Assembly: GCF_001194135.2 (NCBI RefSeq)
Contig: NC_068991.1
Span: 25,113,196-25,173,545, forward strand
DNA: 60,350 nt
From: Octopus bimaculoides
Taxonomy: Eukaryota
Direction of reading: 5' to 3'
Shown: piece by piece, positions 12,641 through 25,191 of the stretch
Position numbering within the stretch: the stretch's first letter is position 1
How the letters are laid out: each line of letters begins with the position of its first letter
Made by a program: the position numbers and the translations under genes
The notes under the pieces: model-generated
Told to the model about the DNA's origin: nothing
Databases searched by the model: none
The model's input: only the letters and a program-made list of their open reading frames with translations

Positions 12641-13251
12641 ATAGGGGTAAGTACACACACGCACACACAAAAAAGCAAATTTAGACACGCATTCACACAC
12701 AAATAGTTGTACAAACAAAAGAACACTGAACGAATGTCGTAGAGTTTAAATGTTGGATATAATCTAACAGTCGACGTTTCAATCGAAATATGGACATTAT
12801 GCTTCCATTGGATTTTCAAATTGCTGACACTGTGTGTCAGTTGCAACCCTTGACAGAAATCTTATCCTTTTTCGTTGACGGGGCAGAATTTGAACTGTGA
12901 ACGCACAGAGTAGAAAAGAATACCGCATGGCATCCTACTGATGTTCGAACAGTTCTACCAGTCGACTGCTCTGAATCCACAAAAAAAAGTATGAAGTTGA
13001 CCACGTGGGATTTGAGTGCAGAGCGAAGTTCGGAAGAAATACAGCAAAGCATTCCTTTCAATGCTCAACTGACCTCGACAATTTGCCCCTCCTCTATGTA
13101 TAGGCGCACGTGTTAGGTATCGAAGTGATTGAGGAGTAACCCGAGATGAAGTATTTTGCTCAAGAGCATAACGCACTATCCGGTCTGGAAATTGAAATCA
13201 TATCTAGCGATCGTGAGTGCAACACCCCAACCACTAAGTCATGCGCTCTCA

Positions 13252-13286
<35 letters not shown>

Positions 13287-14462
13287 ATTACGCAGATAAA
13301 CGGATTAGATATATTAAATACTAGCAGAGATACTCGGTGTTAGTTGGGGTTTAAATGGCATAGTTTGTATATATGGTACAGTTAAGTTGAAACGTGATAC
13401 GGGAAGTGCAGCATTGACGACAAAACATTTGTGGAGTAAATGAAGGGCTAATGCGACTAAGTGACATGACATGCGGCTGTTTGAAAGATTCCAGACCCTA
13501 ACCTTGTCATGGAAAAGTGGGTGGGGGTATGTAATTTTTGAACGCACCAAAAAGCTCTCAGTGGATATACTTTGCGGCTGTCGGTGCTGCCGCTACCACG
13601 CTGGATAATCAGCAGACACGGGGACTATATCTATGTGATAAATTAAGCATGTGGGCGCGCTCAGCAGCACCACATGAGAGAAATATACATGAAAGAAATG
13701 ACATGGTAAGTTTGGGATTGGCAAGGAAGCGCTTGAAAACAACACTGTCATGCGATATTTCGGTTTGGAATCAATAGTCGTGGCTCAACCATGCATCCCG
13801 CGTAAACAGCGTGCGACTATTGTGAGAACAACTCAGCTCCCAAACGAAAACAATTCTGCATGCAGCGTCAGGGTACACAAGGTCACATTAAGGACAGTCT
13901 CTAACTAACGTGGTTGGGTCTTAGACAGCATAAATTAGTAGGCTAATGTATATGCAATATTTCGTGTGTAATCAATAGCTGAAGAGTATTTGTATAGGCT
14001 TCGTCTATGCTTAGAAGGAAGACTTTGATACTGAAGCTATAAGAAAATAATTGAATAGTTGCTCAGGATTTAACATATGTTAGCATATATTTCATAATAA
14101 ACATAGTGCGTTCCAAACGGTTTTTATTCCAACAAATTGCTACCTATGGTACCACGGGAACAGGCTATTATTGCTACCACTTAGACAACGCAGTTTGAAG
14201 TTTACATCGGTTCATCCATTTAATACAACCTACTTATATCGTTTCAGTAACTGTTTTTTCCAGTTTGAACAGAATCAATGCGTGGACCATGCGGGCATCG
14301 TACGTACCCTAGGAAAGTGGGGTTTTCTGCCCTCAGGGGCCCCATTACTCATTATGTGAAAAGTTTTAAGAGTCTAAAACCATCTCTGGAACATAAGTAA
14401 TGTATGTTCTCAGTTTGGAGAACATCAGTTGCGAACGTCAGAAGTTCTGCAGGTTTACACAC

Positions 14463-14510
<48 letters not shown>

Positions 14511-14585
14511 GTCCTCAGTTATATATATATATAGATAGATAGATAATAGTACGGACATGAATTACAAAATATGTATATATGTAGA

Positions 14586-14840
14586 CATGCAAAACGAGAG
14601 AAAGCAAAAAGTGGAGACTTTCAGACGATGAATATTTAAGTATAGATAAATAGATATTTATATTAATAGATAACAGGTGGAAGAAAAGCGTTATAAGTCT
14701 AACAGCTGTTTCTGAGGGCTCGAAGATCCATCATAATGTTGGTAGATGTAGTTCATCACAATATGCGGCTGTAGTGGAAGCAATCAACATTAGATAAGAT
14801 GAGCCTTCGTTATCAGGGTAGAGAAGATCTTACATTACAG
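14586..14840. repeat. Dispersed repeat, copy 1 (homologous to 36121-36398)
   Basis: Shared blocks gcaaaa.gagagaaagc.aa.gt.gagactttca and cagctgtttc...agatccat.ataatgttggtagatgt..ttcatc.caatatg.ggc.gta.tgga. Confidence 0.75.
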
Positions 14841-15518
14841 TTTCAGTTCTGAATGCATTTTGCGTTTTTAAGTTTCATGCCACAGAACATTTTCCTGCAA
14901 TTCACGAGGCAAATCAATGAAATCTACATCAATTATTCAAGTATATCATTGTTGATTTTATGATTTACTATCCCATTCAAAACCTTCTGGCCACACAAAA
15001 CTCGGTTAAAGTGTGGAAAGAGGCACAACTCATTCTTTATGAAAAGTTTGAGGTCAATTATTTATTTTTGGGTGATTAAAATAAAGAACGGATAAACTGT
15101 CAGAAAATTAGCGATCTTTGTATTTGAATATTTGTAATAGAGAGAATTTATGTAAAGTTCTATCCAATATAATTAACAAGTACTGCAAATAATTATAACT
15201 GGTCACAGATGCTCAGAATATTTGATTTCCATTGTAAATCCTTGTTTGCATAATCAAGTTTAATGAGCAATATATTTCACTTGGATTTTCTGCATTCGGT
15301 TGATGACCGTTTTGAAGCTATTACGTAAGATGATATGTGAAGACAGATTCTAACTATAAACGTATTAGTCGTAATAAATATCTAACCATGTCAAGTAACG
15401 AATAGTCAGAATTTATTCACAATAAATTAAACTACAATCCACTACACACACACACACACACAGACACAAACACACACACACACAAACACACACACACAAA
15501 CACACACACACAAACACA

Positions 15519-15579
<61 letters not shown>

Positions 15580-15759
15580 ATGTACAATCATATGTATATA
15601 GCAAATTTACAGTAAATTACACACGTACACATTACCCAAACCTGTGAGATGGAGATTAAGTTTATCGAAGAAGTGAATCGTCACAATCAATGTTTTATAT
15701 ATATATATACAAATAAATGCATGGAATTTTGATACAATATAAAGGACATAATGGAAGTT

Positions 15760-16024
15760 GATATGCACAAGTCAAATTTTGCAACACCACTACATCACAT
15801 GTGAAAAATGACATCGCTTAAATGGCAGCCATTTTCGGCTTTGCTCTTTCCAAAACTTGCACCATAACACCCTCAAGAGTATCAGACCCCACTTCTCTGA
15901 TTCCTCTATTGGTAATCTCCTTCAGTTGCACCAGGGTCTCCGGTTTGTTGACGTAAGCCCTCTCTTTCACGTATCCTAACAAGAAAATATCCGAGTTAGT
16001 CTAGTCTGGGGAACGTGAAGGCCA
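15760..16024 (-). mobile_element. Tc1-like transposase C-terminal fragment
   Basis: Minus-strand WPSRSPD*TNSDIFLLGYVKERAYVNKPETLVQLKEITNRGIREVGSDTLEGVMVQVLERAK. Confidence 0.8.
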
Positions 16025-16029
16025 TTCAA

Positions 16030-16210
16030 AGTAGACCTCACACATGGTTCCAGCAAGATGGCGCAGCTGCTCATACCGCAAGAGAAACAATGCAGTTGCT
16101 ACGGCAGTGCTTTGGAGAGAGAATAATCTCCCTTTACGGTAATGGCAACTGGCCTTCACGTTCCCTAGACTTGAGTAACCCGGAATTTTTCTTGTGGAGA
16201 TACCTGGAAG
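16030..16210 (+). mobile_element. Tc1-like transposase catalytic fragment
   Basis: WFQQDGAAAHTARETMQLLRQCFGERIISLYGNGNWPSRSLDLSNPEFFLWRYL, carrying the QQDGA and WPxxSPDL motifs. Confidence 0.88.
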
Positions 16211-16398
16211 ATAGAAATAAGATGATAATTTATTTTCGAACGCAGAGACGCCGGTTGAACAACAGAAATATTGTGTAAATTACCCTGACAAAGCGGAAAA
16301 AATTGTCAACAATCAGCCATGGCAGGTTCTTGACAAACTTTACCGCTTTCTAACGGTGTCTCTGCGTTCAAACATAAATTATTATCTTTGTATCTTAC
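16208..16398. mobile_element. MITE-like hairpin element (~190 bp)
   Basis: About 45-bp inverted arms: agatgataatttattttcgaacgcagagacgccggttg vs ctaacggtgtctctgcgttcaaacataaattattatct. Confidence 0.65.
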
Positions 16399-16498
16399 AA
16401 TATACAGTTCAACGCTTATAAAAAAATGTTAGTTTGTTTATATTATATACACGTAGTTATATATATGTGTGTGTGTTACATACATATATGTATGTATG

Positions 16499-16542
<44 letters not shown>

Positions 16543-16731
16543 GCGTGGGAGAGATTTTTCTTGTTTTATCGTTCTGTTGTCCGAGTGAATAACAGAGTGT
16601 GGAATCGTTCTTTATATCCGTGATTCTTGGTTTGATTTCTTATGTCATTAATTTTTATTGTCTAATACTGCAAAAGCGTGTGCAGCGGACACACACACTC
16701 GAACATTCATACATGCATACGTGCGTGCCTC

Positions 16732-16766
<35 letters not shown>

Positions 16767-16937
16767 GTGTGTGTATGTGTGTGTGTGTACGACTTTGAGA
16801 GAGACATTTGTGTACACACTAAACATAAGAAATAATAAAAATTGACCGTTTGGCGAAACTTAAAATCATAAACGATAAGGAATGATTGCAAACAGATTTA
16901 ACCCAGATCAAAAGGCAATAACGAAATAATGGGAGGA

Positions 16938-16990
<53 letters not shown>

Positions 16991-17071
16991 NNNNNNNNNN
17001 NNNNNNNNNNNNNNNNNNNNNNNNNNNNNNNNNNNNNNNNNNNNNNNNNNNNNNNNNNNNNNNNNNNNNNN

Positions 17072-17123
<52 letters not shown>

Positions 17124-17719
17124 TTACTTTATATATACCTATTCATTCCATTAAAGTTCTTTATTGTATTTCTGTTCTTTCTTTTTAGAATGAAAACCTG
17201 TTAATTTCATCATTCTTTTGTGAAACTAAGCGATGAAACTGCTTTTTAATTATAACTATGAAGTTGTTTGTAATAATGATAAGTATTATTATGGTAAATA
17301 TCATTATGATGGGTGAAGAAATATATAATGTTGAGAAACAGTCCTGAAATATCTGAACATTGTTAGGAGTTAAACATATCCTTTTTGTTTGTAGTATATA
17401 TATTTTAATCTTTAACTGGTTTTTGTCATTGGATTGCCGTCATACTAGGCAATTATGGTCTTTAAGCGGGTATTTTAATCGATTTTATCGATCATAGTAC
17501 TTATTTTAAATCTGGTGTTGGTCTTATAGATATCTATCAAATCACTAGGTTACAGGGTTTTTTAAAGGGTAAAATTCGACATAGTGGTAAACATAAATGC
17601 TACGAACACAAACACACGCACAGACAAACAATAAGAAATATCGAACAACCACACACATGTGTTTGTGTGTATGTGCGCACGCGCATACTACGTGCAGAGC
17701 AGAGCAAAATACGTGATTC

Positions 17720-18420
17720 ATTTGTCTTTCTTTCCTGGTCATCAGTCAACCTCAAATTCTCCACCGTCTTCCTCCCTTTCTCATTCTTGATGTTGGTCAA
17801 CCATCCACTTTGTAATACTTCGTTTCCCTTTCACTAGAGATAGGCAAGGCGGTGGTTTTTCAGTATACGACCGTATTCTTCCGGTTATCATATCACGTTA
17901 CATAACCAAACTACTTCCGCCTTTAACAATTAACCAAACCATTTCCGCTTTTAACAATTAACTGAAGAGTCTTTTTTTAGTTCGCCACAATTTCTCCACA
18001 ATTTCTTTCCTAACACTCTTTAGTTCGATCTTCCCCCTCTCCTTATGTAATACGACCCCTCATACTATTACACTTCAAAGGTCATAATCTTTTATCTCTT
18101 TCTCACTTTCAACATTCAACATCCATGATTTGCACCCATAAAGTGCAATTGAAATTATTATTGCTCATAAAAGCTTAGTTCTCCTTGTTATTGTAATCTT
18201 TTGATTTTACCAGACTGGTCTAGTTTTACTAAAGCCCCTGCAACTGGGTTTATTCCGCCATTTTATGTCTTTGATCTCACATCTTCTGATATTGTTCTGA
18301 AATATCTTAAATCCATGGCTAATTTGAGGCTCTTCATTACCATTTCTCTATTTGTTGCTTCTTTTTTTTTTTCAGATCAACATTATACTGATTCTTTTCG
18401 CAGTTAACCATGACGTTTTC
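17720..18420 (-). mobile_element. RTE-type LINE, decayed RT C-terminal region
   Basis: Minus-strand AIIISIALYGCKSWMLNVESEKEIK resembles the RTE LLYGCESWTL motif; many stops. Confidence 0.7.
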
Positions 18421-19011
18421 TTTCATTGCTAAATTTTTCCTATATTGTTCTTTTAAATTTACCTTAGCAAAATGGAGATTACTGGTATTTATATCACCTA
18501 TTTCAGTATTCCTTCCAAATGATTGACCTCAGGTTAACCCTGATATTGGAGACCTGTGACATCTAGTTGGTCATCTTGATGTCTCTAGTCAGTCATGAAC
18601 AGAATCTAGTCATGAACAAGTCTGCCTCTCTGTTTGAGACTTCACAAAGTGACATGTCTCGTCCTGTCAAAAATCTAGTCATTAAGAAATGATAGAGATG
18701 GTTAATTACACCTCAAAGCGATATCTCTAATGAATCAACCTTCAAAGTCCTTATACTATACTTGCTAGAAATCAATCTCTGATCTCTCGTTGACAAAGCG
18801 ACATTATAAATACTGGACAGTTAAGTCAGAGCCAGAAAATATTTCAGATTCGATCAATTTGCTATTTACATGACAAAATTACGGTCTACATTGCAGTACT
18901 AGTCATATATAAGGAATGATGTTTCATACACAATGGTTTTTCGACCAATTGTATCAATAGACATCAACCACTGGTCCAGAAAGGTGCTGTTTCTTCATAC
19001 TATTCTTCTAT

Positions 19012-19373
19012 TGTGGAGACGCAATGGCCCAGTGGTTAGGGCAGCAGACTCGCGGTCATAGGATCGCGGTTTCGATTCCCAGACCGGGCGTTGTGAGTGT
19101 TTATTGAGCGAAAACACCTTAAGCTCTACGAGGCTCCGGCTGTACTCTTCCACCACAACTTTCTCTCACTCTTACTTCCTGTTTCTGTTGTGCCTGTAAT
19201 TCAAAGGGTCAGCCTTGTCACACTGTGTCACGCTGAATCTCCCCGAGAACTACGTTAAGGGTACACGTGTCTGTGGAGAGCTCAGCCACTTGCACGTTAA
19301 TTTCACGAGCAGGCTGTTCCGTTGATCGGATCAACTGGAACCCTCGACGTCGTAAGCGACGGAGTGCCAACAC
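19012..19373 (+). mobile_element. Young tRNA-derived SINE family C with 10-bp TSD
   Basis: A-box TGGCCCAGTGG, B-box GGTTTCGATTCCC, and TSD ATTCTTCTAT at 19002-19011 and 19374-19383. Near-identical to 25192-25581. Confidence 0.93.
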
Positions 19374-19720
19374 ATTCTTCTATAGCTACAACACCACTGA
19401 CCTGTAAACTTCCTCTCTCTGTTTCTTCTTCCGCTATTACATCACGAATCCAAAGATAAACTGTTTCTCGTCTCTAATTCTTCTACCACTGCCACGCAAT
19501 CATCTCACAGAGATATTATCTTCTGTCTACCTCCTTTTCTACTGCTACACCACTGCCTCATAGATGTGCTGCCTGTCTGTGTCTCTCCCGCTGCTATTAC
19601 AATGTAATCTGTCTCTCCGAAACAGTTAAATTTATTCCCATCTACCCAGGCATACGGTTATAGCCCTCTCTTCTCATACCACCTCCTTTTTCTCCTTTTC
19701 TGTCTCACTTCCCATACACG

Positions 19721-19758
<38 letters not shown>

Positions 19759-20239
19759 TGCATACACACACGCACGCATGCATGCACACATATGGTGGCC
19801 TAGCCATTAGACAAGATAAATCCTTGCTGCTTTGCATCTATTTTCGTGTGGAGATTGAAGAGAAAAGCAATTGAACATCCATCAAGGAAGATTATATTAT
19901 GAAATCAAGAATTCTCCTGAATTAACATGAGATTAAGTATATAAAACAAACAAACAAACAAACAATCCCTTTTTTTTCTGGAGTTAATAAGACGGCTCTA
20001 AGTATTTGCTTCTGGCTAGAAGCATAAGACATAAAATAAAAATTACGAATAGCTTATATAATTATTATAGCATTAATGTATTTAATTATTATATAGTCAT
20101 ATAATTATACAATTACATCACTAACATATTTATTCATTCTTTCTACGTTCTGGGAGATTCGAACGTGAACATGCTGATTGCTGTTGTATTTCATCATCGG
20201 AGATCTCTTTTTAGCTTCTGTGTGTTCATAACACATACG

Positions 20240-20290
20240 ATTCATTGATGAGGTGTTTCGACCTCATTGTTTGTCTCTTCAGTCAAAACT
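20240..20290 (-). ncRNA. Degenerate type-I hammerhead-ribozyme-like motif
   Basis: Minus strand TTGA-CTGAAGA-GAC-(10 nt)-GTC-GAAA-CACCTCA-TCAA. Core boxes, stem II and a 4-bp stem I are present, but there is no canonical NUH triplet. Confidence 0.45.
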
Positions 20291-21325
20291 ACATCAGAAC
20301 AATGAATTTAAATACGAGATTTGGATCTTGTTTGCAGAAATCAGCAAACAAATTATCTACTGATACTTGCGATGTTTACTAAAGAGATAGTAATTCATGA
20401 GATGCTCGCAGAACAACGAGAATCCAAATGACAACGTATCCTATTCATTCTTAATACGTTCTCGCAGATTCGAACGTAAACATACTGATCGTGAATATGT
20501 AGGTAACTGCCAAACCGATAATGATTCATTGCGTGCACCTAATAAATTATATAATTACTGATGTTTTCATATAGATTTATATTTATACACAGACATACAC
20601 CCGTGCGTATACACTAAACATACAACACACGCCCACACATATACACTCACACACACGCATACAGCTGTATACACACAGGACATAAATAAGAACAAAAAAT
20701 TATTCATATTTATTTTAAAATTTGATATAAAAGAATATAATCTTGCTACAGTGTTTTCAGAAAGTCTCGTCCGAATAAAAAAATATGCAGCTAATCGGTA
20801 TTAATTAATTTATAACATTAATTTGGTTAAATCTAATTAATTGATATCTAAATTTGAGTGCTGCTCACATGCATGGGACGATTTTAATGCTGGCTTACAA
20901 GCCATAGACCACATACAAAAGATAATGAATATTATATTAAATATTGAATTTTTTTCTGATCAATAAATATTTTGCTAAAATTCAAACGAATCTTTATGTT
21001 TGTTTCTTTTTTATCCATATTTTGTTTGCATTTTAATTTGAAAAATATATCTTAGATTTACCTAATTCATAATCTCAGTCGATTCAATGAAGGGCCTCTA
21101 TGTAATCATTTGACCTACCAGAAATAACCAAACATCGTTCAAGTTACGCCCTACTGTCTTAAGTAGGGTATATACAAGATCTACGTGTATATGGATATTT
21201 TATATGTTGTATACACACCGTTATTTTAATCTATATTCAGCTTCGCACAAATCAGTGAAAGCTTTGTTTATTGATTTCTATATCGGGACGAGGATTCGAG
21301 TTAGCTCAGGCAGTCCGAAAGTTTA

Positions 21326-21370
21326 TGTCACTGAGGAGACCAAATCAAGTCGAAACACAAGTCTCTGACG
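21326..21370 (+). ncRNA. Type-I hammerhead-ribozyme-like motif
   Basis: TGTCA-CTGAGGA-GAC-CAAATCAA-GTC-GAAA-CACAAGTCTC-TGACG. Intact core, 3-bp stem II and 5-bp stem I; stem III is one substitution away from ACAC/GTGT with a GUC site. Confidence 0.55.
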
Positions 21371-21539
21371 ATCCGCTGAAAACATTCTCAGCGAGTTATA
21401 TGTTTTTAACATACAAAGCAGCTTAAGAGAATTTTTCTGAAACGAAATGTTACAGCTAATGCCGTTCTACATTTGTATATACCTTATAATTACACACAAA
21501 GAAGTAAGAATGCACAGTATGGTAGAAGCCATAGCCATT

Positions 21540-21945
21540 CATTATAAAAAGGAGTACTGGTGGAATGTCCCAGTGAAGACCTCACTAAAAGGTAAGCACA
21601 ACAAATCTGAGATAATGATTTGGGATAAGAAGAGAAACTGTGTATAGTTGTGGAAATTAGCTGCTCTGTGAATGTTAACATAAAGCTGAATGAAGATCAG
21701 TGAAAAAGAGGATGTCTATGCTGAAATATTGAGAAATCTGCAGTTACTCTATCCAGATTACAAGTTCAGGTTTAGACCTGTAATTATTGGGGCCCAGGGT
21801 TATGTAACACACTGCCTAAATACCAATCTTGAGAAATTAGGCTTCTCAAAACCAAAAAGGAGAAAGCTAATTCGAAGATTACAGATCTAATCTATCACTG
21901 GAACTGTAAAAATCTGTAAAACTTTCCAGAAGTTTATGATTTAAA
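21540..21945 (+). mobile_element. RLE-type (R4/Dong-like) non-LTR retrotransposon, 3' endonuclease fragment
   Basis: YWWNVPVKTSLKGKHNKSEIMIWDK...VVEISC...KISEKEDVYAEILRNLQLLYPDYKFRFRPVIIGAQGYV, a PD-(D/E)xK restriction-like endonuclease pattern; frameshifted. Confidence 0.8.
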
Positions 21946-22270
21946 TATATACGAGCATGTCTAGATATGCAAATATATGCATGAGAATACATACATAAAA
22001 CAAAACATACAGATCTGCACATACATATTTATATAATCATTATAAATCCAGCTTACATATATCAGAGATAATCAACTTTGTGGAGTACTTCACCAAATAT
22101 CAGTTAAATACTACCGTCTTAGATCTCAATGTTTGAGTATTTTTGAAATTATAAGTAACATGGTTCGACAAGATTCTGTAATTGTACAAATATAAACAAA
22201 ACAATTTATTGTATATTTATTACATTGGATACTTCCCAATTATACCTGCGAAACTGGATTAATCAGTATA

Positions 22271-22547
22271 CATACATAAGCGCTTGGTGCATAGAAGCAC
22301 ACACATAGCTCATAGCAGACGAGAATCGTCTGTCGTGGGTACCGGAACTCTCATGTCAATTGATTTCAATCGACCGAAAATCATCAGTCACCGATTGCCA
22401 GCCAGATCTCGCTGCTTTTCAGTTACTGGTGTCGCAAACAGCCAGCAGGCTCATTGAAACTTAATATTCGAATTCCGTTGCCCATGACAGTCGACTCTCG
22501 TCTGCTACGATCTATGTGTGTGCTTTTATACATTAGGCGCCCATATG
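22271..22547. mobile_element. Foldback MITE with ~75-bp inverted arms
   Basis: cacacatagctcatagcagacgagaatcgtctgtcgtgggtaccggaa is the reverse complement, with a few mismatches, of ttccgttgcccatgacagtcgactctcgtctgctacgatctatgtgtg. Confidence 0.78.
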
Positions 22548-22668
22548 AGAGGATCTCTCAATGCTAATAACGCATATTCGGAGTTCTAACAAGATGTGTA
22601 TGTTACATTGGATATAAAGATTACTTTTTGGTTTTAATGTCGCTTCCGTCGCTAATGATTAATACATA

Positions 22669-22896
22669 TACGAGGGGCGGGGGCTGAAAAGTTCCTGGCT
22701 TTGGGTAAATGAAGATACAGGAGGATCAGTTAATTATGATTTTATTCAACATATTCCACTCTAAGATTCACACACTTATTACAGCAGTCCTTCAGTTTTT
22801 CTTAGCCCTGCAAAAGAACTCTGAAGGTTGGGACTCTAACCAGACCTTTTGCGATACCCTTAAAGCCAGGAAAGTTTCAATACCCACTCATTTGTA
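22669..22896. mobile_element. Mariner-derived MITE
   Basis: TA-cgagggg...tgaaaagttcctggcttt left end, and aaagccaggaaagtttca...tgta right end. Confidence 0.7.
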
Positions 22897-22929
22897 TGTA
22901 TCTATGCACACACAAACACGTGCGCACGG

Positions 22930-23024
<95 letters not shown>

Positions 23025-23180
23025 AAGCGATATCAGTGAGGTTAATTATTTAGAGACGCCTTATGCGTTAAAATTTGTAGTTTGTGTTAATATATTTAAT
23101 ATATGAGAAATCTAATTATATATACACTCTTAAGCAAAAAAGCTCATTAATTCAGTAATTAATGTATTATTCATTTAGAC

Positions 23181-23435
23181 CAGTGGTTCTCAGTCGAGGT
23201 CCACATAACCCTTGGGGTTCATATGATATTTTGTTGTTGAAATTTATCTGCAATAAATTGCTTATACTGCTGTAATAAACAAAATATTTCAACAGTTTAA
23301 TTATTATAATTTCTAATAATATTTAATTATAAAAATATAATAGGATTTTTTAAAACATTGAATGGCTATGAGCGTCCGCCGGAGTAAAATAGGAACCACA
23401 GGGGTCCATAGGTACAGAATGATTGGAAAAGACTA
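23181..23435. mobile_element. hAT-like non-autonomous element
   Basis: Begins CAGTGGTTCTCA...GGTCC, a typical hAT terminus. Subterminal ggggtccat near the right end; right TIR degraded. Confidence 0.5.
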
Positions 23436-25191
23436 AGCTAATTAGACGATTGTAGATGTTTCAGCTCTATTAGATCTCTGTGAGGTCAACTTAGTTGTCG
23501 CCATCTATACTGGTGTCACCGTTGCCAGAACAGTCAATAACCACAGAACCATTCCCTCGCTGCTACCGTTCTTGCTATCTTCCTATAATTCCTCTACTCT
23601 ACATCTGAATAAATTCTTCCATTGTTATCGTAGAGGTTTTGCCTTACAATACAAAGTTGAAGTTGGCATTGTTGTTGTTGTTGGTGTTGTTGGTGGTTTA
23701 TTCCTTACTCGCCACCACAAGCTGCACTCCATTGCTGCTGCCATCATCAGCATCCTGTTAGTTTCGTCGTCAGTTGTCAAACCAGATCACTATAAAGCAC
23801 GCCAACACAGATAGAAACACATAGAGCCATATAGTGCATACATACATACATGCATACATGCATACATACGTACGTACGCACGCACATACACATACATTCA
23901 TATATATGTGTGTGAGTGTGAGCATGTACATGTTTGAGTTTTTTTTTTTTTTTGTAATAAAATTAAACATTCATCTGCTTCAGTGATTCTATATTAACAA
24001 GATTTTCAATTTCATGACATTAAATTCGAGAATATTGTTTTGAATTTAGGAAGAACAGTTATCATCATCATCATCATCACCACCATCGTCGTCGCCGATG
24101 TCGTCATCAATATNNNNNNNNNNNNNNNNNNNNNNNNNNNNNNNNNNNNNNNNNNNNNNNNNNNNNNNNNNNNNNNNNNNNNNNNNNNNNNNNNNNNNNN
24201 NNNNNNNNNNNNNNNNNNNNNNNNNNNNNNNNNNNNNNNNNNNNNNNNNNNNNNNNNNNNNNNNNNNNNNNNNNNNNNNNNNNNNNNNNNNNNNNNNNNN
24301 NNNNNNNNNNNNNNNNNNNNNNNNNNNNNNNNNNNNNNNNNNNNNNNNNNNNNNNNNNNNNNNNNNNNNNNNNNNNNNNNNNNNNNNNNNNNNNNNNNNN
24401 NNNNNNNNNNNNNNNNNNNNNNNNNNNNNNNNNNNNNNNNNNNNNNNNNNNNNNNNNNNNNNNNNNNNNNNNNNNNNNNNNNNNNNNNNNNNNNNNNNNN
24501 NNNNNNNNNNNNNNNNNNNNNNNNTTTTTAGAAATAATTTTTATATTTATTTATTCCTCTATTCTCTTCATTAAATACGGCAATATTATTATTTCGAATT
24601 TAACCGAATGGAACTTTATTATTAATATCGTCACAATATAAACGCTGTTGATTCCTTAGAATCAAGAGAATAAAATGTATATTCTTTTCTTCCTCTTTCT
24701 CACTGTCACCCTAATCTTTATTTATCTCTGTGTTTCTTCTTCGCTTCTCCTCTGCTTATCTTAACCATTTATTCCATTCACTTCAGAAAGTGTTATCGAA
24801 ATAAGATGTCAAGTGAAAAAAAAAAAAATTAATAAATAAAATAATCCATTCAGTATATTTCAAATAAATTCATTCTCTTCTCGCATTTTTAGCATCTATA
24901 ATTCTTTTTCTTGCTGAGTCTGAAGAAAGAGTCCAGAACCCATGATGCCATGACCTTTCTTAGGCCGCCTGAGACCAGTGAGCTTGATGCCGTTAAAGCT
25001 CCGCTTTAAACTGTACCAGGTCGATGTTTGCAGGAAAGACATGAGCAAAGAGAAGATTTCAGAAGGAGACACCTATAATGAAGATAGAGAAAAATCGTAT
25101 AGTAAAAAGAACTGAGATATCAAAGAAAGAACTAAAAGATATATGATACCAAATAAGACACCTGTTTATTATATGATAGGTATCAAGTAGA

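Noticed and set aside
15753-15772. 13-bp match (GACTTGTGCATAT) between the Tc1 end and the 17-bp array unit
   Set aside because: The flanks do not align, so a short AT-rich match is probably chance.
19012-19090. tRNA gene calls for SINE heads (also 25192, 42243, 52405, 26920-27020)
   Set aside because: A/B boxes are present but there is no closed acceptor stem. The sequences continue into SINE bodies, and two have TSDs.
22350-22392. Minus-strand CTGATGA...GAAA-TCAATTGA hammerhead look-alike
   Set aside because: No stem II closing pair, no NUH and no stem I; it lies in the spacer of a MITE.
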